IMG/VR virus record: IMGVR_UViG_3300035522_000179 | Coordinates: 160,001-224,000 of that record | Direction: 5' to 3' (one strand) | Origin: a virus | Taxonomy: Duplodnaviria > Caudoviricetes | Length of the DNA: 64,000 bases | Shown: positions 48,290 to 58,068 of the stretch, one piece after another | Layout: every line of letters starts with the position of its first letter | Position numbering within the stretch: position 1 is the first letter of the stretch | Notes under the pieces: model-generated | Seen by the model: the letters and a program-made list of their open reading frames with translations, nothing else | Databases searched by the model: none | Told to the model about the DNA's origin: nothing | Program-made: the position numbers and the translations under genes

Positions 48290-51200
48290 TTACTCCTCAA
48301 TATAGAACGTTAAGCAAATCTGATCTTTGTTAATGCAAAGCATTTCAGGTACATAAGCAAAACGCTCTTCTTTACTAAGTTCATCCAAATCTTTCGTAAT
48401 ATTTTTAATGGACTGATAATCAGAGGAATATCCCATCTCATCGGTTAATGCATAACTACCTGTAGACGATACTTCTCCATTGATACCAACGAACTTCAAA
48501 TGATCTACATAAGCAAAGTTATTCTCAATAGACCGCATAAGGTTTGAAATATGGAAATCATTACTTCCATTCTCATTTAAGGTCTCGATACTATCTTTGA
48601 TGTAGAGTTTGAGTTCATCTTGTACTTTCAGGATATCCGTACCGGCAACTAGATAAATACAAAATGCGATACTCATATTTACCCTGTCAATCAGTTCATC
48701 TTCATCTCCAATAATATAATTCTTACTCTTTCCGTAAGTATTATAAAACTTCAAATCAATATAAGAAGCTTGACACAAAGAAGAAGAAAGTACGGTTTCC
48801 AAATGTTTGTACTGATCATAAAACGTACTGATCATGTAGGTAAACATCTCAAACTGCGTTACTCCAGACTCATTCTTTGCAAGCTCTCCTCTGGAATCAT
48901 AATGCTGAAGCAGAGAGTATTTTACCATCGGAGAAGAATACAGATAAATATCTCCATAAGAGACATTATACAATCTGTCATCTCTAAAGTACATACTGCT
49001 TCGAACCATCGTCAGAGGTTTGATCAAATCCACTCGATCACTAAAGGTGGAATAAATATTGGTCCACTGATAGTTATAGAGGTTAAAGAATAATTCATTG
49101 GAAGGATAGTTGTTGGTAACACAATCATCCGGGTCCTCATATTCTTTGGTAAGTACGACAAATCGAATCTCCAAGTCTTCCATAGGAACCAACTTCGAAG
49201 AACTATTTGTTACATAAACAAAGTTTCCATGAATAGCAGAAGTATCTTCTTCCTCCTCATCGTCCTCTGTTTCTGTAGTAGTTCCTGTTGTGGAACTAGA
49301 AGAAGTGGACGAAGAACTTGAAGAAGTTTCACTATCCAGTGTGGAAACATCGGTTTCGTTATAGGATCCTTCTTCGGTTTCTCCGCTTTCGGATCCATCC
49401 ATATATTCTCTTTCATTCACCCATACCTTCAACACTTCGGATTCATCCATCGTGTATTCAGTTCCTTCATCTTCTTCCAGGTGAATGGTATATCCAAGTT
49501 GTGTTGGCGTATATTCATCCAACTGCATTTGATTTCCTAATGTCACATGGTCATTCACGATGAAACTACACTGGAAGGTAATCACATCATTTTCGGAATC
49601 ATAAGCACTGGGAACCATTTCAATATAACAAGCTTCTACTCCGCCATCCATAATCACCATCATCAAACGAAGATAATTGTTTTCCAACTGAGATCTTCTT
49701 GGTACATAACTTGATTTCGAAATTCCAGGAATCAATAGATCTGGATTCCACTGCATGGAACTCATCATCTTTACCGTCACGGTATATTTCTTTTCTTGTG
49801 CAAGAGGTCTTTCAAACTTTGCAGAAGTCATTACAAACTGTAACGGCGTATCAATATTGTAATTTGTAAAATCAAGCAAAGACTCTTGATTGATAATTGT
49901 TAAGTAATAATTCACTAAGCCAGGATGCTTCGTGATACTCATAAGAAACGGATTTGCATAAACAAAATCATTCGCTTGAATCCGATCTTCGATTTCATCG
50001 GTATCAAACACGGTACAACAAAAATCGTTGATATTCGTTTTTCCTTTGGAAATCATCTTCTGATGACAGCAATAACAAGTCTCTTCTCCATCTTCATTGA
50101 TGAAGGTCTTATGAGAATGATATCCACAATCCGGATTTTCACAGGTATACATGATATTATTTACATAGTAAAGAAGGGTTTCATTCTCTTCTTTTGAGTA
50201 AACCCAATTCTCTTCCCAATCGGGATCATCCTTATCATAATCCGGATTTACAGAAGGGTCTACCTCATGCAACCATGCAAAATAATCTTTTACGATACAC
50301 TCTGCAACGTTCTGACCTTGGAAGTTATGAATATATTTCACTTCATTAAATCCCAATTTGTAATAAGGTGTGACTCGATTTGTATTTCCATCATACGTAT
50401 AAAGATGACCAGGTTCATGGGTATAAATATATCCACCATCTGGATTATTCCAATACGTATAGTTCATCGAGATATCCAGTGTGTTTGTGGGATAGACATA
50501 ATCCTCATTCTTACAAACCATATATCCCGTATAAAGTCTGGATGCTAAATCATCTCTTCTCTTAATGAAGTTGATGATGTTGTTATTTCGATTCTCATAA
50601 GCATTGAAGTAAAGTTCCAAATCGTTGTCTGTACTAAGTACATTTGCGGTACTAAATTGATTGGTAACTAACGTTCTCAACTCTTCAATGTCAATATTAT
50701 CTTTACCACCAGAGGAAGCTCCATGAACCATTGCATTGATAATGAAGTTTTCATTATAAGAATAACTCTCTACATCTTTAGAAATGCTTACATCGGTTCC
50801 TGTATAAGTAGTAAAGTTTCCAGCTTCTCCTAACGTGGTATAAACGATTACTTTTACTTCCGAGTTAAACTCTGGTTGGAAGTAAGAATCTGACAAGGAG
50901 AAAAGTAATCGAAGGATGTTCTCATCCACGATCTTATAATAACAAAACGGATCTTTCTCCGGAAGGGAATTATCCACCTTTGTAATCATCTGCGTCCATT
51001 CGGTATCTCCAGGAGCTTTGTACCAAGCATCAAACCCAGCAATAATTCCACTAAACTCCACATCCACTACAGGATAGTTTAAAGCAGAGTTATCAATGAT
51101 ACTATAAGTCTCCTCATATCTCGTACACTGATGTGCGCGAATTTCCAAACCAAAGAATCCATCCACGGTTCTACGAATCTTGATATAAGGATTGGTAATT

Positions 51201-51745
51201 GTAGAAATGGAGTTGGTAAACTCTGTGGTTACATACTTTGCTCCATATACATATTCCGTAGAAGAAAGCTTCGTTTTCTTTCTGGTAATCTCAATATCAT
51301 AATCCAAAATAAATGGAATATCTTCTACATAAATCGTTGTGTTCTTTCCAATATAGATACAGTTTTCATTTCCCGGAGTAGCAGATAAGTTTGCTTCATC
51401 AAATACATCACTTAATTCGGACTCACTAAAAACCAAAAGGAAAGTACATTCAGCTGCAGAACCTTGCACGTCCGATAACTGGAAGATTGCTGCATAGCTA
51501 TAAATAGATTCTGGCAAACTTGCCTTCGTAATAAAGAATTCTTTTAAAAGTGTCGATACGGCATTAAATCCATCTTCGGATATGACTGCCAACTGCTCTG
51601 TTGTCAAACCCAGTAATCCTGACATTCTCGTTGAGATGTCTTGGTCTGGGAAATATTTCGGTATTAATACGTCTGTGGTCAACTCTTTGAAATCAAAGTT
51701 GTCACGGTAATTTCTTGTAACAGATTGATCTGCCAACAGTTTCAC
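48290..51745 (-). CDS. baseplate wedge protein (gp6-like)
   Basis: 1151 aa; A.LPESIYSYA, YTTLGEAGNF, SSGGKD....EELR, FHISNL...IE. Confidence 0.7.
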   Translation of the reverse strand: MKLLADQSVTRNYRDNFDFKELTTDVLIPKYFPDQDISTRMSGLLGLTTEQLAVISEDGFNAVSTLLKEFFITKASLPESIYSYAAIFQLSDVQGSAAECTFLLVFSESELSDVFDEANLSATPGNENCIYIGKNTTIYVEDIPFILDYDIEITRKKTKLSSTEYVYGAKYVTTEFTNSISTITNPYIKIRRTVDGFFGLEIRAHQCTRYEETYSIIDNSALNYPVVDVEFSGIIAGFDAWYKAPGDTEWTQMITKVDNSLPEKDPFCYYKIVDENILRLLFSLSDSYFQPEFNSEVKVIVYTTLGEAGNFTTYTGTDVSISKDVESYSYNENFIINAMVHGASSGGKDNIDIEELRTLVTNQFSTANVLSTDNDLELYFNAYENRNNNIINFIKRRDDLASRLYTGYMVCKNEDYVYPTNTLDISMNYTYWNNPDGGYIYTHEPGHLYTYDGNTNRVTPYYKLGFNEVKYIHNFQGQNVAECIVKDYFAWLHEVDPSVNPDYDKDDPDWEENWVYSKEENETLLYYVNNIMYTCENPDCGYHSHKTFINEDGEETCYCCHQKMISKGKTNINDFCCTVFDTDEIEDRIQANDFVYANPFLMSITKHPGLVNYYLTIINQESLLDFTNYNIDTPLQFVMTSAKFERPLAQEKKYTVTVKMMSSMQWNPDLLIPGISKSSYVPRRSQLENNYLRLMMVIMDGGVEACYIEMVPSAYDSENDVITFQCSFIVNDHVTLGNQMQLDEYTPTQLGYTIHLEEDEGTEYTMDESEVLKVWVNEREYMDGSESGETEEGSYNETDVSTLDSETSSSSSSTSSSSTTGTTTETEDDEEEEDTSAIHGNFVYVTNSSSKLVPMEDLEIRFVVLTKEYEDPDDCVTNNYPSNELFFNLYNYQWTNIYSTFSDRVDLIKPLTMVRSSMYFRDDRLYNVSYGDIYLYSSPMVKYSLLQHYDSRGELAKNESGVTQFEMFTYMISTFYDQYKHLETVLSSSLCQASYIDLKFYNTYGKSKNYIIGDEDELIDRVNMSIAFCIYLVAGTDILKVQDELKLYIKDSIETLNENGSNDFHISNLMRSIENNFAYVDHLKFVGINGEVSSTGSYALTDEMGYSSDYQSIKNITKDLDELSKEERFAYVPEMLCINKDQICLTFYIEE

Positions 51746-51754
51746 CTCATTTCA

Positions 51755-53167
51755 TTATTCAGGTCTAAACCTTAATTTATAAACGAGCTTTCCGTTTTCT
51801 GTAACGGACTCAATAAAGGGTGCTCCTACCCAGGTATTTCCTGTACCAAAAAACTCATCATTATAAGTTTTTTCGTAAGTAAATCCAGTTCCTACTTCTG
51901 AGTTTGCATTAAACTCAGTAATTAACTCTACTTCGTTATCTCTCTTCCAAGAGTATTGATAAGTAATGCTCATACTTGGATTTGATAGTTGTTCTCCCTT
52001 GGTCCAACTAAGGACAGAATCTGGAACATTGGTTGGAAAGATTCCATAAAGTTTCGCCCAATAGATAATATCTTCACCATTCTCTCCACATAAAATATAG
52101 TAGCAAGAAGCAGCATAATCCAATTCTTTGTTGAATAGATGGTTATCATTTGGACGATAGACTCCTTTTTTCACTCCATCAATGTAATTAATCCATAGTT
52201 GATGCAATCTTAAAATGCTAAGATTCTTATCCTCTGAAAAGCTAATAGATACATCTGATGCAGCAACAGAACTATCGATTGTTTTACCATAAGCAATTGT
52301 GTATCCATAAAAGTTTCTTCCATACACATCGGTATTTAAAGATCGATCTCTCGTCTCAAAACTAGTCACTTGGTTCGAAGGAAGCATCATGAAATCATGA
52401 TCAAACCCAACGGTACTACATAATTGCATCAATAGTTCTTTTCGGTTTTTAAATTCCAACTTAAAGTCACTATTATTGGCAACCGTTTTTGTCAGTTCAT
52501 AAGTATTCGAACCAAGGTAATTTAAGATATTACAATCTGGTCTGGTAAAAAATACATGACCAAAGGTTTTTGCCAATGCAATATCCGGAACTGGAACTTT
52601 GAACCGGTTATAAAGCGTTGAGTTTTTAGCAACTAAAGAATCCACGCTTCCTGTTATAATATTGACGCTTCTTCTTAAATCTTGCAATGCGTCAGATAAA
52701 TAATAAGAAGATCTCTCCAGTTTATCAAAACTTTCTAACTTTCCAGGGGTTACCTCAACCGTATTTCCTGTCTGTTCAGTTACGATATTACTAGCCATAC
52801 CAGATGTAGTTCTGGCAACTGCAACGTAAGAATCCGAAGAGGGATTGTTATCTCCTCCGGTTGCTTTGGAAGATACCGTCGTTGTAGAAGAACTTGTAGT
52901 AGATGCTGCTCTAGCTGCAGCTCTTCTGGAAGTAGATGCTACTTTTAAGTAAGCATAACTAAGAGATGGGTGTTGCTGTATAACCCATCCCGAATAAGTG
53001 TCTGAAGTAATTCTAGCCCACTGAATATTATTAATCACTTTGGTTTCTTCAATTGTCACAGTGGTTCCTTTTTCCAAGGTACCGATTAAGTTTGTATCTC
53101 TTGCACTTGCAACAGAGTAAACCTTTAGTGAAGATCTTTTGGTATCTACGACTGCTATTGTACTCAA
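51755..53167 (-). CDS. virion protein: SH3-like N-domain plus tube/baseplate-like domain
   Basis: IGTLEKGTTV.I.......WARI......GWV (SH3-like); FFTRPDCNI, GIFPTNVP; TTG start; late promoter at 53213. Confidence 0.6.
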   Translation of the reverse strand: MSTIAVVDTKRSSLKVYSVASARDTNLIGTLEKGTTVTIEETKVINNIQWARITSDTYSGWVIQQHPSLSYAYLKVASTSRRAAARAASTTSSSTTTVSSKATGGDNNPSSDSYVAVARTTSGMASNIVTEQTGNTVEVTPGKLESFDKLERSSYYLSDALQDLRRSVNIITGSVDSLVAKNSTLYNRFKVPVPDIALAKTFGHVFFTRPDCNILNYLGSNTYELTKTVANNSDFKLEFKNRKELLMQLCSTVGFDHDFMMLPSNQVTSFETRDRSLNTDVYGRNFYGYTIAYGKTIDSSVAASDVSISFSEDKNLSILRLHQLWINYIDGVKKGVYRPNDNHLFNKELDYAASCYYILCGENGEDIIYWAKLYGIFPTNVPDSVLSWTKGEQLSNPSMSITYQYSWKRDNEVELITEFNANSEVGTGFTYEKTYNDEFFGTGNTWVGAPFIESVTENGKLVYKLRFRPE

Positions 53168-53288
53168 TATCTATACACCTTCTTTCCGTCGTTTATACAC
53201 TTAACCTATTGTTTTTTCTAGGGATTTTAACCACTTATTGATATATTATATTCATAGAAATAAAGAAAAAGAAAGGATGGATTCAGTT

Positions 53289-53678
53289 ATGAAAATATCT
53301 TTAGACGTATTACTAGCTGCTGGAAAAGGGATTCTTACAGGAGTAGAAAAGCATATATCTGAAAGTGATGATGCTCAGAAAATGATATTTGGCTCCTATA
53401 CAAATGGAAAACCTAGAAGTCTTGCGGATGCAATCAGTGGGGAAATCATTCACCCGGAGGACAAGTTACTTATTACACAGCGGTTGGAAGAGCACAAGAA
53501 ATTAAAAGAAGCAAAGGAGAAGAAAGGAAAGAAGTATGCAAAGATAGACATGGATGAGTTGGATTCCGTATTTTATGACGATGATGAAGATGACGACGAT
53601 GAGTATGATGAATGGGATGATGATGACGACGACGAGGATGATGATGACGGTTATAATGTGAACGTCACCTTCTTTTAA
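53289..53678 (+). CDS. early protein with an extremely acidic C-terminal tail
   Basis: ATATATTAT at 53241; tail DDDEDDDDEYDEWDDDDDDEDDDDGYNVNVTFF. Confidence 0.75.
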   Translation: MKISLDVLLAAGKGILTGVEKHISESDDAQKMIFGSYTNGKPRSLADAISGEIIHPEDKLLITQRLEEHKKLKEAKEKKGKKYAKIDMDELDSVFYDDDEDDDDEYDEWDDDDDDEDDDDGYNVNVTFF

Positions 53679-53781
53679 ATAAACATAGAAAGAATAGCTG
53701 GTTTTATTGGGCTATTCTTTTTTTCGTTTCTTTTTAGATTTGGACAATTTATTAAAAATGAAATGAAAGGACGAAACGATT

Positions 53782-55011
53782 ATGGCATTCTTATTGGACG
53801 AAGAACGTTTTGTAGAAGAGAATATCCTTAAGTATGATGAACGCTTAGAGAATCCTTCTATTCGTTTTTTAGAGCAAACACCTACCTTCGTAACATATTT
53901 TCATATTAACATAAATGAATCCACATCCGATGAAGGATTCAAAGACATTGAAACCGTGATTGGAAATAAGTCTCCTCTTCGGTTTCAGAAGATTGAGAAG
54001 TTTCCGATTTATGGATTAGACCAAATCATTCTTCAGTTGGAAGATACTGATGTGGGAATTGATTCCTCTTATGAAGGGGAAGCAGTAATCCTTCCAAATA
54101 CTGTAAAAGCACTTCCGAATGATTACTTTGTGATTCCTTATGTGGGAGAATCTCATTTATTTCGAGTAACCAGTATTGAGCATGATAATATCCGACCGGA
54201 TAACTTTTATAAGATTCATTTCAAACTGGATACCATTGATGAAGATAAAAGAGAATCTTTAGATAAACAGGTTCATGATAAGTACACTTGTATCATGGAA
54301 AACATTGGAAGTGAAAACAAGTGTATCATTCAAGAAGATTACAAAGAGAGATTAGATATTATCGATAAGATGTATTCCGACATGGTAAGTCTGTATCTTT
54401 CTATTTTTTACAACGACCGATACAATATCCTTCTTGGAGAAATGGACAACGGATACAGTTTGTATGATCCGTACATGACAACATTCATCAACAACCATTC
54501 TTTATTCCAAAAGAAAAATAGTTTGGAAACGATCTTCTTAGAAGAAGATGAGTTCTTTGATAATAAGAAGACACTCAAATACGAAAGAAGTATTTATCGC
54601 TTCTTTGAAAGAAAAGATATCAATCTCTTAAAACCGTTTCTTTATACAACCTTTAAAGGAATGGGACGAAAAGAATCTGCATTTGCAAAGTGGGAAGATG
54701 AATCTGTTTATGTAGTGGATCTTCCTTCGATGATCAATCCGGAAAACTGTTATCGGATTCTTTCAGATCATGCAGTAGAAACGATTCGATTAAATGGACC
54801 AACCAATTCAAAGTATATGGAGTTGATCAAGAAGTTCATTCGAAATGAAAAGATTGGACTCTTTGATATTGATACTTCCTTAAACGATGAACTGATTAAA
54901 TTAGATGCAAATCTGGAAATGTTCTTTATTACTCCTCTTCTTCTTTATATCATTAAAGAAGTAATCAAAGAGTTTTATAAGACTGGTGTGGAATTTGCAG
55001 ATGAAGTGTAA
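53782..55011 (+). CDS. probable virion structural protein (neck/head-tail region)
   Basis: PTFVTYF, SPLRF.KI..FPIYG, EGEAVILPNT resemble jumbo-phage virion proteins; GACA-N6-TA promoter. Confidence 0.55.
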   Translation: MAFLLDEERFVEENILKYDERLENPSIRFLEQTPTFVTYFHININESTSDEGFKDIETVIGNKSPLRFQKIEKFPIYGLDQIILQLEDTDVGIDSSYEGEAVILPNTVKALPNDYFVIPYVGESHLFRVTSIEHDNIRPDNFYKIHFKLDTIDEDKRESLDKQVHDKYTCIMENIGSENKCIIQEDYKERLDIIDKMYSDMVSLYLSIFYNDRYNILLGEMDNGYSLYDPYMTTFINNHSLFQKKNSLETIFLEEDEFFDNKKTLKYERSIYRFFERKDINLLKPFLYTTFKGMGRKESAFAKWEDESVYVVDLPSMINPENCYRILSDHAVETIRLNGPTNSKYMELIKKFIRNEKIGLFDIDTSLNDELIKLDANLEMFFITPLLLYIIKEVIKEFYKTGVEFADEV

Positions 55012-55052
55012 AAATATCCCTACTCACAAAATATGTGAGTAGGGATTTCTTA

Positions 55053-55340
55053 TTACTGCTCTACCAGTGATTCATCATTAGAATCATCTTCTGTTGCATC
55101 ATAAACCACTTCATCAGCCGGTTTAAAAGATTCTGCTTCTACTACCTCAGCATTCTTTGTCTCATTGGGATAAACCACCTGAGCCTGCTGAACAGTACCA
55201 CCCTTGGAAAGGGTATTGAAGATGTCAACGATCACTTTCATGTTATCGATTCCTCTTACCGGAATCTCCGTATCAATTCTTTCCAGCAAATTTTCAATCA
55301 GATCCTTGTCATAAACAACAACGTCCTTCATCTCTGCCAT
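55053..55340 (-). CDS. small acidic protein, late class
   Basis: SD AGGAGG; TACA-N6-TA promoter. Confidence 0.7.
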   Translation of the reverse strand: MAEMKDVVVYDKDLIENLLERIDTEIPVRGIDNMKVIVDIFNTLSKGGTVQQAQVVYPNETKNAEVVEAESFKPADEVVYDATEDDSNDESLVEQ

Positions 55341-55424
55341 TTTAAATATCCTCCTTTTGGATTTAAAGTATTAAAGATATGTATTGATTCTAATAAAAAA
55401 TAAAAAAAGAGGGAAACCCTCTTT

Positions 55425-56423
55425 TTATACAATCTTTTGAATGATCTTTTTGATCTTCTTATTTCCAGATAAGAACCCGACATAACTGAGTGCTCTACAT
55501 CCTTCTCTCAAATACGGATTGTAGTTCACATCCGAAAAATCATATGCAAGAATCGGAAGGGATCCAACGTAGCACTGATACATCGTTTGCTCATTCCCAT
55601 AATTTTTCTTATCGAGAATGCAAGACCCCAAAACTTCCAAGATCGTTTTAATCGCATCACGATCTTTAAATCTGGTCCCTTCCGGCACCATCAACTTGTT
55701 CTTTACATCTCCACATCCAGTGGTTACAATATATCCCAACATACAGATGTTTTGAATGAATGCATCATCCGGAACTTTTGCTCCTGCGAAAAATCCAGTA
55801 TCTACCATTTCCTCCAAATGATCCAGTTCTTTAAGCACCACATTAACAACTTTCTTTTTCGCCTTCTGTTCCCTGGAGGTTCCCATAATGTCGAGTTCGA
55901 AAAGTTTCCTAAGTTCATCCTCACAATCTTCACCTTTCATAAATTTCGTAGAGAAATTCGTAATACACGAAGAGATCTGAAAGATCAAATTCAGTTCTCC
56001 TTTTGCTGTTGATTTCTCAGATCGATAAGACATCTCGCTTGCTAAGATTTCCGATATCCGATCATCAATAGAAGAGATGATCATACTGATAAATCTTCCT
56101 TTGAAGATTTCACTGTTTTCTTCAACAGAATTAAATCTCCCTTTCCAAAGTTTAGATGCATAGAATCTTTCTGATTCATCTAAACCTGTTGCTTTCCCAG
56201 TCTCCAAAAAGGTAGGACTAAGAACTGGAAATCCATGAACCACTTTCATCAAGTTCTCCACGGTTTTATGGAACTCTCTTAACGCCACATTCACCTTGAT
56301 TTCGTTATCTAGTCTTTTATTGATTGGTGTAAGAGCGAAGTTGGTATCACTGGATACGGAAGCTACTGGAGAAGATAGATACTGTATTACATCCATAGAT
56401 GTGATTGCTTCTTTCTTTTTCAT
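55425..56423 (-). CDS. hypothetical early protein
   Basis: ATATATTAT at 56450; SD AGGAGG. Confidence 0.75.
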   Translation of the reverse strand: MKKKEAITSMDVIQYLSSPVASVSSDTNFALTPINKRLDNEIKVNVALREFHKTVENLMKVVHGFPVLSPTFLETGKATGLDESERFYASKLWKGRFNSVEENSEIFKGRFISMIISSIDDRISEILASEMSYRSEKSTAKGELNLIFQISSCITNFSTKFMKGEDCEDELRKLFELDIMGTSREQKAKKKVVNVVLKELDHLEEMVDTGFFAGAKVPDDAFIQNICMLGYIVTTGCGDVKNKLMVPEGTRFKDRDAIKTILEVLGSCILDKKNYGNEQTMYQCYVGSLPILAYDFSDVNYNPYLREGCRALSYVGFLSGNKKIKKIIQKIV

Positions 56424-56490
56424 TTTAAAACCTCCTTTTCTCTAATAAAATAATATATGATTTCTTTCAAATCCCATCAAATCTAGATAT

Positions 56491-56868
56491 TTATGCAGGG
56501 TTGCAACACGGGCAGGTTTCTTCCGGTAACATAAAATCCCTTGAAACATATCCTGTGTGCCTTCTATAAAATATCGGATGATTAGATATTTCGGATTTAG
56601 CAGGATCAACATGATGACCTGATTCAAGATATCTTGTTAAATCACTTTCACTAACTGATAAGAAGAACCTATTTTCATCCCTTATGAATTTCGTACTTCC
56701 AGAGGATTGCTCATGAACATATCTTAAATTATGGGTTTTGAAGGTGTCATCAATAACATAATAGTTATCTTTACAAATTTCTACCTCTGACGTAAGTAAA
56801 ATATGATAAAATGAAGATACACATTGATTTTTGGCAGTATCTTCTGTCTTGTCTATATTTACATGCAT
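56491..56868 (-). CDS. hypothetical early protein
   Basis: SD GAGGGG before ATG 56868; overlaps the upstream stop. Confidence 0.55.
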   Translation of the reverse strand: MHVNIDKTEDTAKNQCVSSFYHILLTSEVEICKDNYYVIDDTFKTHNLRYVHEQSSGSTKFIRDENRFFLSVSESDLTRYLESGHHVDPAKSEISNHPIFYRRHTGYVSRDFMLPEETCPCCNPA

Positions 56869-57335
56869 TCTGATCCCCTCCCCTCTGCACATCCTTCCGT
56901 ATTGATAAATTCTCCACTTCCTTCCACTTCCATCATCATTGCATATCTTGAAACCTGCTTTGACATGAAATTGTATTTCTTAAGTTCCATATTCACTCCT
57001 AATATCGTATCTAGACCTGGATCAAAATCTTCTTCATCTCTTATCCATAATTCATGTGATGAGTAAATCAGATCTTCTTCACTCCTCATATATTTTCTTG
57101 TGATACGCTGACGTACATCATCAGATTTATAAATCTTTTGTCTTTCAATAGACAAAGACCTTACGAGTCTAACTTCATTATCAAATGCCTTAATTGGAGT
57201 TGTTTCTCTTAAACGAAAGTTTTCAGTCCATATCTGGCTTCTACTCGGGAATTCACGGGTTGGTAACATCACTATACTCCTTCGATTGGTTTTGGTGAAT
57301 AAATTCACTATGTTGCTCATTGTAACTTTTGTCAT
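56859..57335 (-). CDS. hypothetical early protein (true start may be about 57271)
   Basis: SD AAGGAG precedes the internal VMLPT start. Confidence 0.55.
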   Translation of the reverse strand: MTKVTMSNIVNLFTKTNRRSIVMLPTREFPSRSQIWTENFRLRETTPIKAFDNEVRLVRSLSIERQKIYKSDDVRQRITRKYMRSEEDLIYSSHELWIRDEEDFDPGLDTILGVNMELKKYNFMSKQVSRYAMMMEVEGSGEFINTEGCAEGRGSECM

Positions 57336-57657
57336 ACTCTATTAATGCCATATGTCTTGATTCCGTTTCCCTGAGTGCACATTCACATACTTCCGTGATT
57401 GTATTGGATATGATTCCACAGTCATCTGTTGGTATCGTGTTACCGGAATGTGCATAGATAGCTCTTTCTTCATAAAGACCTTCTGCAGGGACATAATGTA
57501 TTCCATAGAGTTCAGGATCTCCATGAGATGCTAGATAAAACGGAAATACGGAAACGATTCTGAAGGGAAACGTTGTTATGCCATCTTGGATTTCTGCATG
57601 GCATGAATACCTAAAATCATCGCTTTCATCATAATATTCTGTCAATTCTTCTGTCAT
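57253..57657 (-). CDS. hypothetical acidic early protein
   Basis: SD AGGAG. Confidence 0.6.
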   Translation of the reverse strand: MTEELTEYYDESDDFRYSCHAEIQDGITTFPFRIVSVFPFYLASHGDPELYGIHYVPAEGLYEERAIYAHSGNTIPTDDCGIISNTITEVCECALRETESRHMALIEYDKSYNEQHSEFIHQNQSKEYSDVTNP

Positions 57658-57675
57658 AATTTATCTCCTATTATT

Positions 57676-57924
57676 TTATTCACAGCAACCAGTATACCTA
57701 GATAATACAAGCTTGTAAAGATCACCAATCTGATCGTCAAATACTTTCGAGAACATACTTCTAGGAACAATCCTTTCTATTTCGCCAAGTTCAAAGGAAG
57801 TCCTATACAATCTGTCTCCACAAGTTTTCTCCCAATAGTGATTTACAATACATTGCGTATCTCGAAATATATTATCTGATTCGAAATCATGTAAAAAGAT
57901 TAAAGCATCTCCATTGTAGTTCAT
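57676..57924 (-). CDS. hypothetical early protein
   Basis: ATATATTAT at 57969; SD GAAAGGA. Confidence 0.6.
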   Translation of the reverse strand: MNYNGDALIFLHDFESDNIFRDTQCIVNHYWEKTCGDRLYRTSFELGEIERIVPRSMFSKVFDDQIGDLYKLVLSRYTGCCE

Positions 57925-58068
57925 TCTAGTTTTCCTTTCTAAATCTTTATCGTGTTATAATCAATAAAATAATATATTTCTATTTTACTTAATTAGATTT
58001 TCCTAAAAAATATGACTTCGTATTTCTTAGGGGACAAAACCTTAATCAATTTAGAAAGGGTTTACGTT

